Shown: positions 51,287 through 63,707 of the stretch, one piece after another
Position numbering within the stretch: the stretch's first letter is position 1
Layout: every line of letters starts with the position of its first letter
Made by a program: the position numbers and the translations under genes
Origin: Tubiluchus corallicola
Taxonomy: Eukaryota; Animalia; Priapulida
Assembly (NCBI GenBank): GCA_030141605.1
Contig: JAQGDQ010000084.1
Location: 558,001-622,000, forward strand
Length of the DNA: 64,000 nt
Direction: 5' to 3'
The notes under the pieces: generated by a model
Database searches by the model: none
What the model was told of the DNA's origin: nothing
The model's input: the letters and a program-made list of their open reading frames with translations, nothing else

Positions 51287-51424
51287 GTTAGTGAACTTGC
51301 AGTTGTTAAACGTTCTGTGTGGTTCTATTATCCTTTTTGCAATTGCATGTTGATTTTACAAGGAATAATTTACCTGGCAGCAGTCTATGCAAAATCACTC
51401 TTGGGCAGCACATTTTCTCATACA

Positions 51425-51725
51425 AAACTGTATCACAAATTGGTGCTGTAAATTCAGAATTTTTTTTATGAATTTGAAGGTTGAAATATTGAATATGTTT
51501 CGTTGAAGTATCATGTATAAAAAGTAATATCAGATGCAAGAACTGCTTTAGTATTTCAGACGTTTACCATGTGAAACTCTATCACAAATTAGTGCTGTAA
51601 ATTCAGAAATTTTTTTATGAATTTGAAGGTTGAAATATTGCATACGTTTCATTGAAGTATCATGTATAAAGGGAAATATCATATGCAAGAACTGCTTTGG
51701 TATTTCAGACTTTTACCATGTGAAA
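51425..51725. repeat. Two-copy ~150-bp tandem duplication
   Basis: ATCACAAATT.GTGCTGTAAATTCAGAA...TTTACCATGTGAAAC occurs twice. Confidence 0.85.
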
Positions 51726-52848
51726 CATAATCAGTGCTGTGCAAACAGTGAATTGTATGATAGCAAGTGGTAAATTATTCCGCGTATTATGACAACAGTG
51801 AATTTTCTGAACTTCTTTCATTTTAATGTGAGATAACTGTACCTATCTCACATAAATGTATCTTATGAAGAGCAAGATAACATCATATCTTATCTTGCAA
51901 GAGCTCATAACTGCATAATAATCATTGTTTCTTCATTGATGATAGATCTGGTCTTTTTTTTTTGAATTTGGTTTCTAATGTCACATTGTTTGCGTATTAT
52001 AACAGTTACCAGTAACAAATTTTAAACAAAATTAATGGAATTATGAAAAATTGCATATAAAAGCCGATCAAAATCAGAAAAAGTTTACTAAACATTACTC
52101 TTTTAGATAGAATTTCTGTCTTACAAACATGGGATTTTTTTATTTGATTTAGTCACAAACAATTTGCATTGCTGTTGTAGAGTGTCTAACAATGTATCAC
52201 ATATACATATCATCGAACTCTTTTTTTAAAAGTATCTTTCTTGTTCCCATTAATTTGGTTCATTAGTCGGCATGGAAACTCTGCCGTTTATCCAGAAAAT
52301 ATTGGACATGAAAATTACACGTGTACTTTGTTAATTTCATTAATCACTTCATTAATTTCAAAACTATTGAATAGTTTGTATTATATACGAGTGAAAGGCA
52401 CAGGTATATATTTTGCATTTGCACGGGTAAATTCCTCGCTTTTTCTAAATAAATACTATTAGGATTTTATAAATAATTTAAATTATTTAATGGGATTATG
52501 AGATGGCAATCGCGTAGGGAAATGCACAACTGCACTCTACTTGAAGTTTAACTTTCTATGTACATGTATCTCTGCGATGATTTCAAACTATAAATGTGTA
52601 AAATTTAATAAAGTCTGCACTACTTTCACTACTTTTTCTCTTTTAAATCACGTGTCTTATGTCCGGCTATTTGTTACTTTCAAATACATGCTTTAGTATT
52701 TGCTTTCTTTAATTTTATTAAATCTAGTATTTTTCCCCAGTATTTGTTGCGAGTATAAAAAGGCAAAATTACCTCTTGCAAAAGATAATTGTATGACATT
52801 TCGGACCGAAACTGATTTTTATGGAAAGAACTTTCCCAAAATTTTTCG

Positions 52849-53526
52849 TTAAAGCACAAAAAACTGTCCACTTACATAAAGTTTAAAAAGTTCATCTCGA
52901 AATTTTATACCACTTACATACTACCCTTTCCTATAAACGGCTTGTATCAGACTTAATGCTGTATAAAACGTGTGAATTTAAACTCCTGCAATGACCGTTA
53001 GGTGCAGCCATTTTAATGGTAGGTCGTTTGAAACAAGTTTTGGTAACATTAAGTAATGTTTGAAAAAATAATCAGAGCATTCGTAGCATACATGCTGCTA
53101 ATTAAGTAAAATTCTAAATTACTGTATCTTGTCAATAAGATCAAAAATACGTTTTTGGCTAGTGAGTGGCGCACCCTGGAGGTGAGTCAGCGACATTTTA
53201 CCAACTGGCACAAACATTTTAAATTATTAAGTCTAGTTACATAAGTCTTTCCAGCAGGTAAGTGAAATGCTAAGTAATATAATTTTGTACGGAAAGTTTG
53301 TTGGGACACAATTTACCATTGCTTTTCTTCCCCTGATTTACGTTTGCGTAGTGACGTCATGTAATGGCGCAGTCGGAACAGTGTTGCGGGACATTTAAAA
53401 TGAAAACAAACAAAAAATCCTTTTGATGCAAATACGCTACGTGCGTAAAGTTTCTGTAAAGTAATATAATTTTTTACGCCGATTTTTCTGAAACCTAGTT
53501 TAGGTACCTCTTTTCTTGTCCTTTAA
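52849..53526 (+). mobile_element. TTAA MITE family C, full-length
   Basis: TTAAAGCACAA ... TTGTCCTTTAA; colinear with 57847-58504. Confidence 0.85.
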
Positions 53527-53981
53527 GAAACAATTTACAGTGTTAAGAAAATGTCTTTTCCTATTCAGATATAGAAACTGAAATTATTAAAACAATGCTT
53601 GAAGAAATCTAATTATAACCTAATAGTGTACTTCAGTCCAAGCCATCTAAAATACTGGAGTCTTTAATCATTTAAAGTTTGGTAGTCTACACCCGACAGT
53701 GCATAGATGTTATTTTAAAAAGATTGTTTTTTGTTGTGCTAATTGATTTTAAACTGTAGATATTTTCGTTAAAAATTGTCCTGTGAAGAAAATAAAAATT
53801 TTGAACTTAGAACAAAAATTTCATGATATCCACAAAAGTTTTTATCGATTAAACAGATAAATTCTGAGTTTTATGCAAGACCAATTAAAAAGATTGTTGC
53901 TATAATGCAAATTAGTATTTTTATCGTGTTTTAGAAAACCTTTGAATCAGTTTTTGATGCAGTGCTTATTGTCGTTTTTAG

Positions 53982-54138
53982 GAGCAGAAAAAAATTGCGG
54001 AAAAACAGAAGGATGATCCAATTCAGAAAAAAATAATGAGCGAAGTTCATCGTTATCAGTTGGAACTGGAAAGGAGCAGTGATGAGGAGAAGGAGCACGA
54101 AGGAAGGGAAATGGCAGAGGAGGCAGACAGAAAACAAG
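53982..54138 (+). CDS. LMO7: Internal exon (EQKKIAEKQKDDP...ADRKQ), phase 0 to 1
   Basis: tttttAG acceptor and AAG|GTGTGT donor. Confidence 0.88.
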
Positions 54139-54314
54139 GTGTGTGTAAATGATGTAAAAGAGAAGAAAAAAATTGAGGCGAAATATAGAACACTAGCGGT
54201 ATGTAAAAATAAGCGAGTAGTTGTTACATTTGCATCAAGTGACCAGCAAGCAGTGGAGTGATGCTGAGAAGAGCACAACAACATAGCTATACAAACTACA
54301 GGGGAAGTGAAAAC

Positions 54315-54683
54315 TTGAAGGAAAGAACAATTCACTCACTATGTCGGATTTATTTTACTCTTATCACTTAAACTTGGAAAAATATAACAAAGAAATTTGC
54401 AAAGAACTGCCTATGTAACATAAATCTAAAATATACTACCTCCGAATAGAAATTTTCAGACGTGGTGGTTGCCGCCATTCACTTGAAAATTATGACGTAA
54501 TTAGGAGACTTCGTGACTTTCCGTTAGTGCATCGTGGCTTTCCGTAAGCGCGCGCTGCTTAAACTAACTCAAAATTCTGCAGCTTACCTAATGTTCACGC
54601 AAAAATATTACAAAAGTAACTCTCCTTTTGTAAAAAGTAATTAGACTTTTAATGAAGATTGACAGTGCGCTACTTTCCTTCAA
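54315..54683. mobile_element. MITE family B, inverted copy
   Basis: TTGAAGGAAAG ... CTTTCCTTCAA; interior is the reverse complement of 23140-23370. Confidence 0.8.
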
Positions 54684-54848
54684 GACAAATGACGTTACTG
54701 GAAGAAGAATGGGTGTTAAAAGTTCAAACATGAAGTGATTGTGACTTTAAAGTGATTTTACTAGTTACACGAGACAAATATAACACAAACTGTATAATGT
54801 TGATTTATAAATTAACTGATGCAAAATTTCCTTTTTTTCATTTTTTAG

Positions 54849-55063
54849 AAGAAGAGGAAGATGGGCACTTCGCCTCCAGGAACAGACAAAGTCGAGAAAA
54901 TGAACGTAACACCGCGGCAGAGCGTAAAATGGAGGATGAAATTAAACGAGCAGAAGGCGAACGGAGGAGGGCCGAGGAACGAGCCAAGAGGCTACAGGAA
55001 GAACGACGACGGTTAGAAGAGGAAGAATTTGGTGATGGTGATTTTTCACATATACAGGAACAG
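54849..55063 (+). CDS. LMO7: Charged coiled-coil exon (EEEEDGHFASR...LQEERRRLEEEE...QEQ), phase 1 to 0
   Basis: ttttttAG acceptor and CAG|GTGTGT donor. Confidence 0.9.
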
Positions 55064-55182
55064 GTGTGTGTATTTGCTTGCATTAAATGTATTTTAATGA
55101 ATTTATAAATATATTTTAATATGTCATGTCTGCCCTTTTTGTCTCTAATCTATTTTAATTAAAATTAAGTGTATGTGTAGTA

Positions 55183-55666
55183 CAGTCAACCTCGGATATA
55201 AGGGACACCTTCGGACCGGAAAAAATCGTCCCTTATATCCGATGTACCTTATAGCCGAAGTTGAGTCAGACCGAGAGTGTATTTAGGCCTGTACTTTTCT
55301 GTACTTTTGCCCATATTTTTATGGATTATTGCTGCACATTCAGTGCAAACGGCACGTAGGAAGCTCCTTCAGTGATGCGAGATGTATGTGACTGCTGAAA
55401 CTGAGCTGTTTGAAGTCCGAGTTTGCGAATAATTGAGGTTAAAAATCGATCAATTTCGCTTTGATCATAAGGTCCCTTATATGCGAGGTAATTACCTGGG
55501 TTTCTATTACATGGGACCTGAAGATATCGTCCCTTATATCCGAATACCTTATATACGAAGATTTTTGTAAGGGAAAACATTACGAAAAATCGGGACCAGT
55601 GTTGGTGGTCTCTTATAAGCGAATGTCCCTTATCAGCGAGTACCTTATACCCCATGCTTGACGGTG
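55183..55666. mobile_element. pogo/Tigger-like MITE
   Basis: TA|CAGTCAACCTCGGATATAAGG start, repeated CCTTATATCCGA motifs and a degenerate right TIR. Confidence 0.75.
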
Positions 55667-55954
55667 TATATAAAAATATATTTGTTAGAAATGAGTTAAT
55701 TAATTGTGCTGTTTGTCCCATTGTTTGAACTGTGCCACACTTTCATTTGTTTCACTAATTAGATTTTGTGCTACATAAGAGAGCCCTGCCCTGAGAACAC
55801 AAACATACCCTGGTGGGTTGAGATCTTGTGTAGATTATTGTATTTGCCTCGGTCTATCAAAATTCGAGATTTCATAACATTCACGTTAACGAACGTTCTG
55901 TTATCTTGAATGCCTGAGCTGCTGTAAGCAATAGTAATGGTACTATTACGTGTC

Positions 55955-56040
55955 AGTACAGGTGGCCAAGTGGTTAAGGTAATGGACTGTGGATGCTTCT
56001 CTGATTGCAGCGCGAGTTTGAATCTCACGACCACCTGTAT
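55955..56040 (+). pseudogene. tRNA-derived sequence (SINE head or tRNA pseudogene)
   Basis: A-box TGGCCAAGTGG with GTTAAGG, B-box-like GTTTGAATC; anticodon arm degenerate. Confidence 0.55.
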
Positions 56041-56224
56041 TTGCACAAATAGTTTTTAGCTGTATTAGTTATTTGTGGCGTCTCAGTGTTCTTGTGTTCA
56101 TAAAGAGTCGCTTATAGTAGCCTATGGCTAATGTTGTCTGTTGTCCCAGCGACTGTAAGTAAGTGTCTTTGTTTTTTCCTTGTCCTTTTGTACTAAAAAG
56201 CTTAGAAGTTTTGTTTATATGTAG

Positions 56225-56361
56225 ACTAGAGACCTTCAATTCTTACAAAAGCAGAGGCTTGATGCAGCGAGAGACAAATATAATATGCAGCCAAAACTGG
56301 GTTTTCATAACGAAGAAGACTTTCCAGACCGAAGACCAGCTGCGAATACTCACGTTGTAAA
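56225..56361 (+). CDS. LMO7: Internal exon (TRDLQFLQKQRLDAARDKY...THVV), phase 0 to 2
   Basis: atgtAG acceptor and AA|GTAAGT donor; phase matches the exon at 57112. Confidence 0.85.
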
Positions 56362-56405
56362 GTAAGTGTTTTTACTGTTTCTTGTATAGAAGTATTTTGC
56401 TAATA

Positions 56406-57011
56406 CAGTAAGTCCTCACTTAACGATGCTAATACGTTCCAGCAAAACGCGACGTTAAGTGAAACGTCGTTAAACGAAGCCAATTGGGATACATTCCAGA
56501 GGCAAAAATGAATGCTGCTTCTAAACATATAAATTAAAGGCTTTATGAGTTTTATTCGTGTTTCTATTAATTAGTTTCTTTCTGCTTGCTTAAAACCGCC
56601 GATCTTTCTTATCATATCTAGCTCAGTGTCATTGCTATAGGAAGAAGTTGTGGGCAAAATTCCTTCATGTAGATTTTGTATTCAAGTGCCTGGAGGCATA
56701 TAAACCACGAGTCGAGTATTATGCTCGATACAAAAAGACTAGCATTTAGTAGTCGGTCGGGAAGGAAAAACATAATTGTCCTGTTTTGCATTACCGTAGT
56801 TTTTAGAATACATTAATGCAACGTGTACTGTTTTAATGCTTCATATTTGGGTAAAAAAAGTTGTTGAGCAAATGAAAAATAACTTTGAGCAAAGGAAAAA
56901 GTCATCAGTTAAATGAAACATGCTTTGTTAAGTGAGGAAAAGGTGTCAAATATTCAGTGTCGTTAAAACGAAATGTCGCTAGGTGGGAAATCGTCAAGTG
57001 AGGATTTACTG
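56406..57011. mobile_element. Tc1/pogo MITE family F
   Basis: TA|CAGTAAGTCCTCACTT ... AAGTGAGGATTTACTG|TA. Confidence 0.88.
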
Positions 57012-57111
57012 TATCTTTAAAAATTCAGTAATAGGATATTTTAATTCATTTGTCAGTACTGAAAATTATGAATTTTAAAGCTTAATTTATGATGGTTTTG
57101 TACTTTCGCAG

Positions 57112-57782
57112 AGCACCTGTTCCTCAAACTATTCAAGCTCCACAAAACAAGAATGCCAACTGGAATGATGCAAGAATACCCGTGAAGAGTGAACAACCAG
57201 TACATTCTGTCGTAACTCCTAGTGAACCAATACGCAGGAGAGACATAACGAAAGTAAACGCGGCTCCTAAGGCTCGTTTAAGCGACAATTGGGCAAAATC
57301 CGATCGCGGGCAGCCAAAACGTCGTACTGACGTGGAACCGGTGAAAAGATCCGATATACTACGTCGCGAAACGTCCAACCCTCAAGAACACTGGGTCGTG
57401 CAAGAAGCGGAACGGCGCCGCTTAGCCGATCACAATGAGAAGGAGAGACTGCAGAAGTTGCAGAGTCGACATTCGGCGCCCTTCAATTACAACCAGTCTT
57501 ATATCCAGGAGTCAAAGAACAAATTTGAACCGGCCCATCGCAAAGACGTGTCGGACAGATACAAGCCTGAATATAAACTAGGAAATAGCATTCCCGGACC
57601 CGTGAAAAATACTCTCATCGAGCGAACAAATGGACCAAAGTACCCGGAGTTAAACGGAGACGTTATTCGCGAGTCGGTACATACTGCTAGTTATTCTCAG
57701 AACAGAAAGGGTTCACCAGAAGGGGAGAGAGTAATCACCCTGAGTGGAAAGGAAAAATGCGGAAACTGTGGACATGAACTAG
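57112..57782 (+). CDS. LMO7: Large exon with EHWVVQEAERRR motif and LIM start (SGKEKCGNCGHEL), phase 2 to 1
   Basis: ttcgcAG acceptor and G|GTATTA donor; contains the first CxxC of the LIM domain. Confidence 0.95.
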
Positions 57783-57846
57783 GTATTATTTGTTGGATAA
57801 TTTTGCGCTGTTTTAAGTGTGGCGAGGCTTCCATGTTTATAAATGC

Positions 57847-58504
57847 TTAAAGCACGAGAAAAACCTCACCTTACGTAAAGCTTAAAACATTCGTCTTGAA
57901 ATTTTATACCACTTACGTACTGCCTTTTTGCATGCAGGTCGGCAGCAATGCTGTATAAAACGTGTAAATTTAAACTCCCTAACAGAGTTTGCGATGACTG
58001 TTAGACGCAGCCATTTTAATGTAGGTCATTTAAAATAATAACATTGAGTGAAGTTTGAAAAAATAATGAGCATTCGTAGCATACATGTTACTTACTAAGT
58101 AAAATTTTAAATTAGTCTATTTTGTCAATAAGAGTAAAAATACGTTTTTAGTTAGTGAGTGGTGCGCCCTGGAGGGTGAGTCAACGACATTTTATCAGTT
58201 GGCACAAACATTTTAAATTACTATTTCTAGTTACATAAGTCTTTCAAGTGAAATGCTAAGTAATATCAAATTTGCATGAAAAGTTTTTAGGGACATAGTT
58301 TAACATTTCCTTTTTTCCCCTAATTTATGTTTGCATATATGACGCGATGTAATGGCGCGGTCATAACAGTGTCGCGGGAGATTTGAAATGAAAACATACA
58401 AGAACGCGAATATGATATACGCATAAAATTGCTATAAAGTAAAATAATTTTTAAAGGCGATTTTTCTGAGACCTACTTCAGGTACCCCTTTTCTTGTTCT
58501 TCAA
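57847..58504 (+). mobile_element. TTAA MITE family C
   Basis: TTAAAGCACGAG ... TTGTTCTTCAA. Confidence 0.85.
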
Positions 58505-58833
58505 AGGTTCTTATTATATTTATTTGAAACGACTAAACTCTATTTTGGGTCGTGCAGTCTCATTCGTCTCTGTCATTAGCGCTGTGTTGTATATGTACCC
58601 TTTTTCAAATCTCTCAAGCGACTAAGCTCTGTTCTCTGCTTATTAAAGTCTTTTTCATTCTGGTGGGTGTGTTGACACAGATAGGATGACCATATAATCC
58701 GTCACAAAAATTAGTAAGATAATTATCTTACACTGATTGTTGTGATTATAGTGAAACAGCACTTAGTGGCTTATATCATCGCAATAAAGGTGGTTTATGT
58801 AGGTTTAAATTTGCTTTGTATATGTGTACATAT

Positions 58834-59445
58834 GTGCTTGCATAACAAAATCGTCCATAAGTAGGTAATTAAGCTTCTCTAGTTATTCACATATCCTGGA
58901 TCATTTTGATACTAAGCTCATCACTCTATGTTATTTCTAAGCTGAGATAATCCACGTTGAAGTTGAGGTGCAGGCTGCATACTGAAAAACATAATCTTCA
59001 GAAAATCACTATTAAAGTCAGCCATTGTTTCTTGTCGCATTTCTACAAAACACTTAGCAACCACACAAATGTTGATTGCTATGAACTTTGCAAGAACACA
59101 TTGAAGTTATGTTTAAATCCAGTAGATGGCTCTTCGTGACGGAGATGTAGGCTTCGCAACAGAAAATACCTGAAGTAAAATGACAGCTTCAAAGAGCTAC
59201 TATGGGAGGTGGAAAATAAATTTTTTATAATTGCGATACTGGTTTTTATTAAGCGAAGTGGGTACAGGGTAACATTTTTTTGATAATTTGATGCTAGAAT
59301 ATAAAAGTCCATATATTTAATGTTTGTTTTTATAAAAAAACAAAAAAATGACACTTGACCAAATTTTTGGTGCATTCTACTTTGAAACATCACAACTCAG
59401 TTTTAACTGTGCCAACTTATGGACGGTTTTGGTTTGCAAACAAAC
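58834..59445 (+). mobile_element. MITE family D
   Basis: Colinear with 35333-35971. Confidence 0.85.
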
Positions 59446-59683
59446 GTGTGTTCTACATGTATACATTCTTCGTTTCTCCAGTGACAGCTTATCGACAGTG
59501 TCGTCATAACCGCTGTAGCTATTTTTTTACAGTTTTAGCTATGATACGTGTGTTAATTTAGTATTTCAATTGTCATTTTATGAAATCGGTAGGGATGTGA
59601 TTTCTAGATCTCATTTTGTAATTGTGTTGTGATGACATCAGTGTTTTAATGCGATGAAGCTTTAAAGCCGAATATTTTTTTAG

Positions 59684-59848
59684 GTGGCGGTGCAGCCATG
59701 ACCATTGAGAAACTAAATCTAAACTTTCACATAGATTGTTTCCGTTGTTGCGTCTGCAGTATTCCGCTTGGCAACGGCTTGAGAGGTGCCGACGTCAGAG
59801 TCAGACATCACAAATTACATTGCCAAAATTGCTACAGTAATGATGAAG
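59684..59848 (+). CDS. LMO7: LIM domain exon (GGGAAMTIEKLNLNFHIDCFRCCVC...DVRVRHHKLHCQNCYSNDE), phase 1 to 1
   Basis: Completes the zinc ligand spacing; the 'G.GAAM.IE.L.L.FH..CF.C..C...LG....G.DVRVR...LHC..CY' pattern is the LMO7/LIMCH1-type LIM. Confidence 0.97.
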
Positions 59849-61039
59849 GTAAAAAAAATTCAGTCAGCAATAGGCCAAAATGTTGAGAACTAACTGCATG
59901 TCGGGTTTGAAAACATATAAGTGAGGTTATTAAGTGTAGTGCAGTATGATCTATAATAGCTTAGATCTGGTCTTACTAAAGCTAATGATACATTTGCATT
60001 CGCGACTGGCATGTGCATTTAGCGTCTCGGGTAACACGCGCTGCTAGAGGTGATACACCAGAGCATCAGGATTGGCATGATGGTAGAAATACAGTACTTG
60101 CTTATTTGGCGGGAATTTGTGTTGTCTTGTTAACTGTAGGCCGTGTAAAATAAAAACCTGTTTGTTTGATGATATTCGATTATTGTTTAGACGAAAAAAG
60201 AGAAGAAATAGGATAATTTGGCAGCACAAATGGATAGCTAAGAGGTATAAACACGGTGCTTACCACAAACTGTTGCCTGATTTACAATCGTGATTTATTT
60301 GCATGTAAAAATTTTAATGAGTGGATGTTCAAAGTTTCAGTGAATTAACTGATTTGGTTACGTCTTTCATTGAGCGTCGGAACACTAAATTTCGATATTG
60401 ACAGTAGAAAAGTGACTCGGCAGATGATTGGATGCTTCATTGCTGACATCACACACACGAGCAGCAACTGTTCAAAAAATAGAAGGTCCGTCTACTTCTC
60501 GCAAGCAGTCGTCCAGCTGCCACACGTGCACGCGAGTCGCGAGCGCAGATGTATCATTACTTTCATCTGCTTGCCTGAGAAGTGATTTCAAATACAAGAT
60601 GGGGACTAACAAACACGTGTTAGTTCACTAGTGTTCTTGAGGGGCATTGTAATCCTGCTTGGGAGTTTAGGAACTAAACGTGAAGATAAAAATGGCCTTG
60701 CCAGTTCCTTGTAGCATGGCTCATTACTTAAATAAGGTGACTAATGTTGAAAAAAAACAATACATTGTTTTTGTTTGATGATGCACGTTGGAAACATTGA
60801 AGGTCACACTGCTTACTTCATCCAATTCAATTTAATCGATTTTATTTCCTCAAACATTCATTTCACATTATAATATTATAGAAGTAGAATATTTCAATAA
60901 TATTTGAGCAGGAGCAGCGAAAGACCAATTGGTCACTAACTCAGCTGCTCCTTTTTAAACAACAGAATTTTTTTTTGAAAGGCACAAATGAAAAAGCAAA
61001 TAAGAAATATCAAAGCCTACATATCTTATGTATAACAAT

Positions 61040-61275
61040 CCAAAAGCAAAACAAAAAGCAAACGAAAATCATAAATCAGCTCATGGGAACGCAAAACAAA
61101 AACCAAACGAGAAATCAGCTTAAAGCAAAGCAAAACAAAAATCATAAATCAGCTCAAGGCAAAGCAAAACAAAAACAAACAAAAAATCAGCTTAATGCAA
61201 AGCAAAACAAAAACCAAATAAAAATCAGCTCATTCCAAAGGCAAAACAAAAAACAAACAAAAAATCGGCTCAGTG
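61040..61275. repeat. A-rich degenerate tandem repeat (AATCAGCT...GCAAAACAAAAA), ~6 copies
   Basis: Read directly; it explains ORF 60975-61349. Confidence 0.8.
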
Positions 61276-61375
61276 AAAAATTCGCATTTAATTTTATTGT
61301 AACTGTTAGCGATGAACATTTGGACCCGGTTTTGCATTTTTGTGGATAATAGTAAGCACGTTTTCATTTTTCTAG

Positions 61376-61401
61376 CCGGATTACAATACAGTGCCGTATA
61401 G
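61376..61401 (+). CDS. LMO7: Terminal coding exon (AGLQYSAV*), class I PDZ-binding motif
   Basis: tttttctAG acceptor, phase 1; S-x-V C-terminus comparable to the FSCV end of Drosophila Smallish. Confidence 0.88.
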
Positions 61402-63707
61402 AACTAATGACGATGTGGGCTGGTGTTATTATATACAATCAGTTTAACCCTTTCTACACCCTGGATGGCTCAACTTCAACACTCAGCAGTGAAAACTCAA
61501 GACACTGACACTAAAATATGGATTTTTTAATCTATAAGGAGTATTAGCTACTCGCTGTGCAATAGTGCAGCTTTGAACTACTTTGATGGACGATGCCTTT
61601 TTGTGTGAGCACAGACAGATGCTTACATCATCACATTGACACGTGTCTCAACAAGGAAGAGTTTGTAAGACGCCATGAATTGTAAATCATGATGGAGAAA
61701 TGTTGAATTATTGTCCATAGAATTGTGATTCATGGGATTGTTAAAGTATCTATCCATGTTAGCAGTTAGTAACATGTTACTAACCTGGTTGTAACTGTGT
61801 GTAATGAAACAGACTTGTATAAAAGTCTGTTGTTTTTATTACGCGTATGTAATTTTAGTGGTCACCACGTATTTTATAACACTTTTTTATATTTACGGTT
61901 GTTTTTTACAAAATCAAGTGTGAATTGTATATGATATAGTATAATACTTTTACCAGCGGCTCTTAAATTTTTAGTTTTAATAATTCTCTTACCTTGTGTA
62001 TATTTTTCTGTAAATCCTGTTTAAAATGTATCCACTAATGGTATTACTGTCCTAATTTAAAATGGTATTTTACTCACTTACTTGATATAGACAATTATGG
62101 TTGAAAATCACTGTTGGAAAATTACACCCATCACTGTTTTTGTTTTATTAAAATTTATTTTTTTTTGTATATATTTAACCAAGTTATTCTATGTGCGACA
62201 TATATAGTGTAAAACTGCTTTTCCTCTTTGTACACCCATAATATAACTATAATTTTGTGTAGTGGGTGCTAATTTCTTGTTTTGAGCGTTGTGAGAAATG
62301 CTTTGAAGTTTTTATGCATACAAGCAAATGTAGGTCACTAGAAAGGTTGTGATTTTGCTTGTGAATGTCAGTAAAGACTTTGTTGTCATTTTCAGGCCTC
62401 GTAATTTCATGTCAACGTTCTTTCGGATTATGCCTGAGTTATGTAAAAAAAAATTAGACCAAATGGACTTCAGTGCCACTGTCATGTTTACTTTATTCAT
62501 CACGCCTTACCTACTGCTTGCTGTCAATCTTAAAAGAGCTTCCTTCAGTATTTTAGACAATATTCATAATTTTTTCGCTAATTGTCGTATGGTAGCCACC
62601 ATAATTGCACAACGAATATTAGGATTGCCGAATGGACGAATATTAAGCCAAACGCAATCAAATCTAGCCAAATCTGTGAGTTAAATAATTCAGTTTGTAG
62701 TCAATCAATAATCAATAATCGATGTTTAGTTTTATCATTCGAAAGCAGCAATAATGTTTGCCGATTTTAAAGAAACATTCCTTGGTTAAGCGAAATATCA
62801 ACACCATTGTTATACAGAGCTTTTATTTTTGCAAATATATAAGCAAACTTGATAATTGGTAGGTGAACAATGGGTTACGCAAGCCAAATGCAACGAGAAT
62901 GGGTTTTGGACATTATCTAAATTTATGGAATTTTGAGGCCTGAACTTTGCTAAATTTCAAGTGGAAGGTATTTCAGCTATGCGTAATGTTTGTAATAATG
63001 TGTGCTCTAAGCTTCACTGAAATACCTTGAGCAGATTTGCAAATGTTAAAACAAGCCCAGTGACAAGTTGTGGAAATTTAATAAATTTGTGCATCTTATT
63101 ATTTATTTATTTGTTGTACATAGGTTAATTGGACGAATATTAGGAACCTGTTAAAATTATTCAGCAATAACGTGTAATCGTGTCATTTAATTCGAACTTT
63201 TATACCAGCTTAGCCACATTGAATAACATCGTACAGTTTTGGACAAGTTAGATTGTTATTCTTGCAGTAGCTGAACAAAATACTATAGCATTTCACAGTT
63301 AGCTTGAGACACGAAGATTTAATGTTTGCTACCCGAGTCGCAAACACACAGGTTGAGAGAAAAAGTGTGATCTGCACTATGTCGGAATTGTATATTTTGT
63401 TGAAAGCGTTTTTTAAATAAAAGGCATGAAGTAATTCATCATATTCAAGTATTATGTTTTTTATTTTGCATTTAATGTTTCGAAATTAACAACTTGCTTA
63501 AATCCATTGAAGAAAATAGGCAAGCTACATAATTGAGTGCACTTTTAGCACGAATTATTGTTTATGTCATAATTACGTAAAAAGTGCTACCTAACTACAA
63601 ACCATTATCATCCAAAATATTAACGAATTAAGACGAGTCATTTATTCGGATTTGCTTTCATCTTACCAATTTAATTTTGAATGCATCCACTAGATGGGGA
63701 AAACACC

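Larger units (their letters stand above)
272..61401 (+). other. LMO7: LMO7/LIMCH1/Smallish-family gene, 5'-partial (PDZ + coiled coil + LIM + C-terminal PDZ-binding motif)
   Basis: More than 20 exons with canonical AG/GT sites join in consistent phase. The domain order and the motifs DWQSNLDHWKSRR, PDZ GFGFSIKGG, HWVVQEAERRR, LIM and terminal YSAV match what I know of the family. Confidence 0.9.

Noticed and set aside
55955-56040. Functional tRNA gene
   Set aside because: B-box is GTTTGA rather than GTTCGA, and I could not fold a clean cloverleaf; kept only as a tRNA-derived relic.
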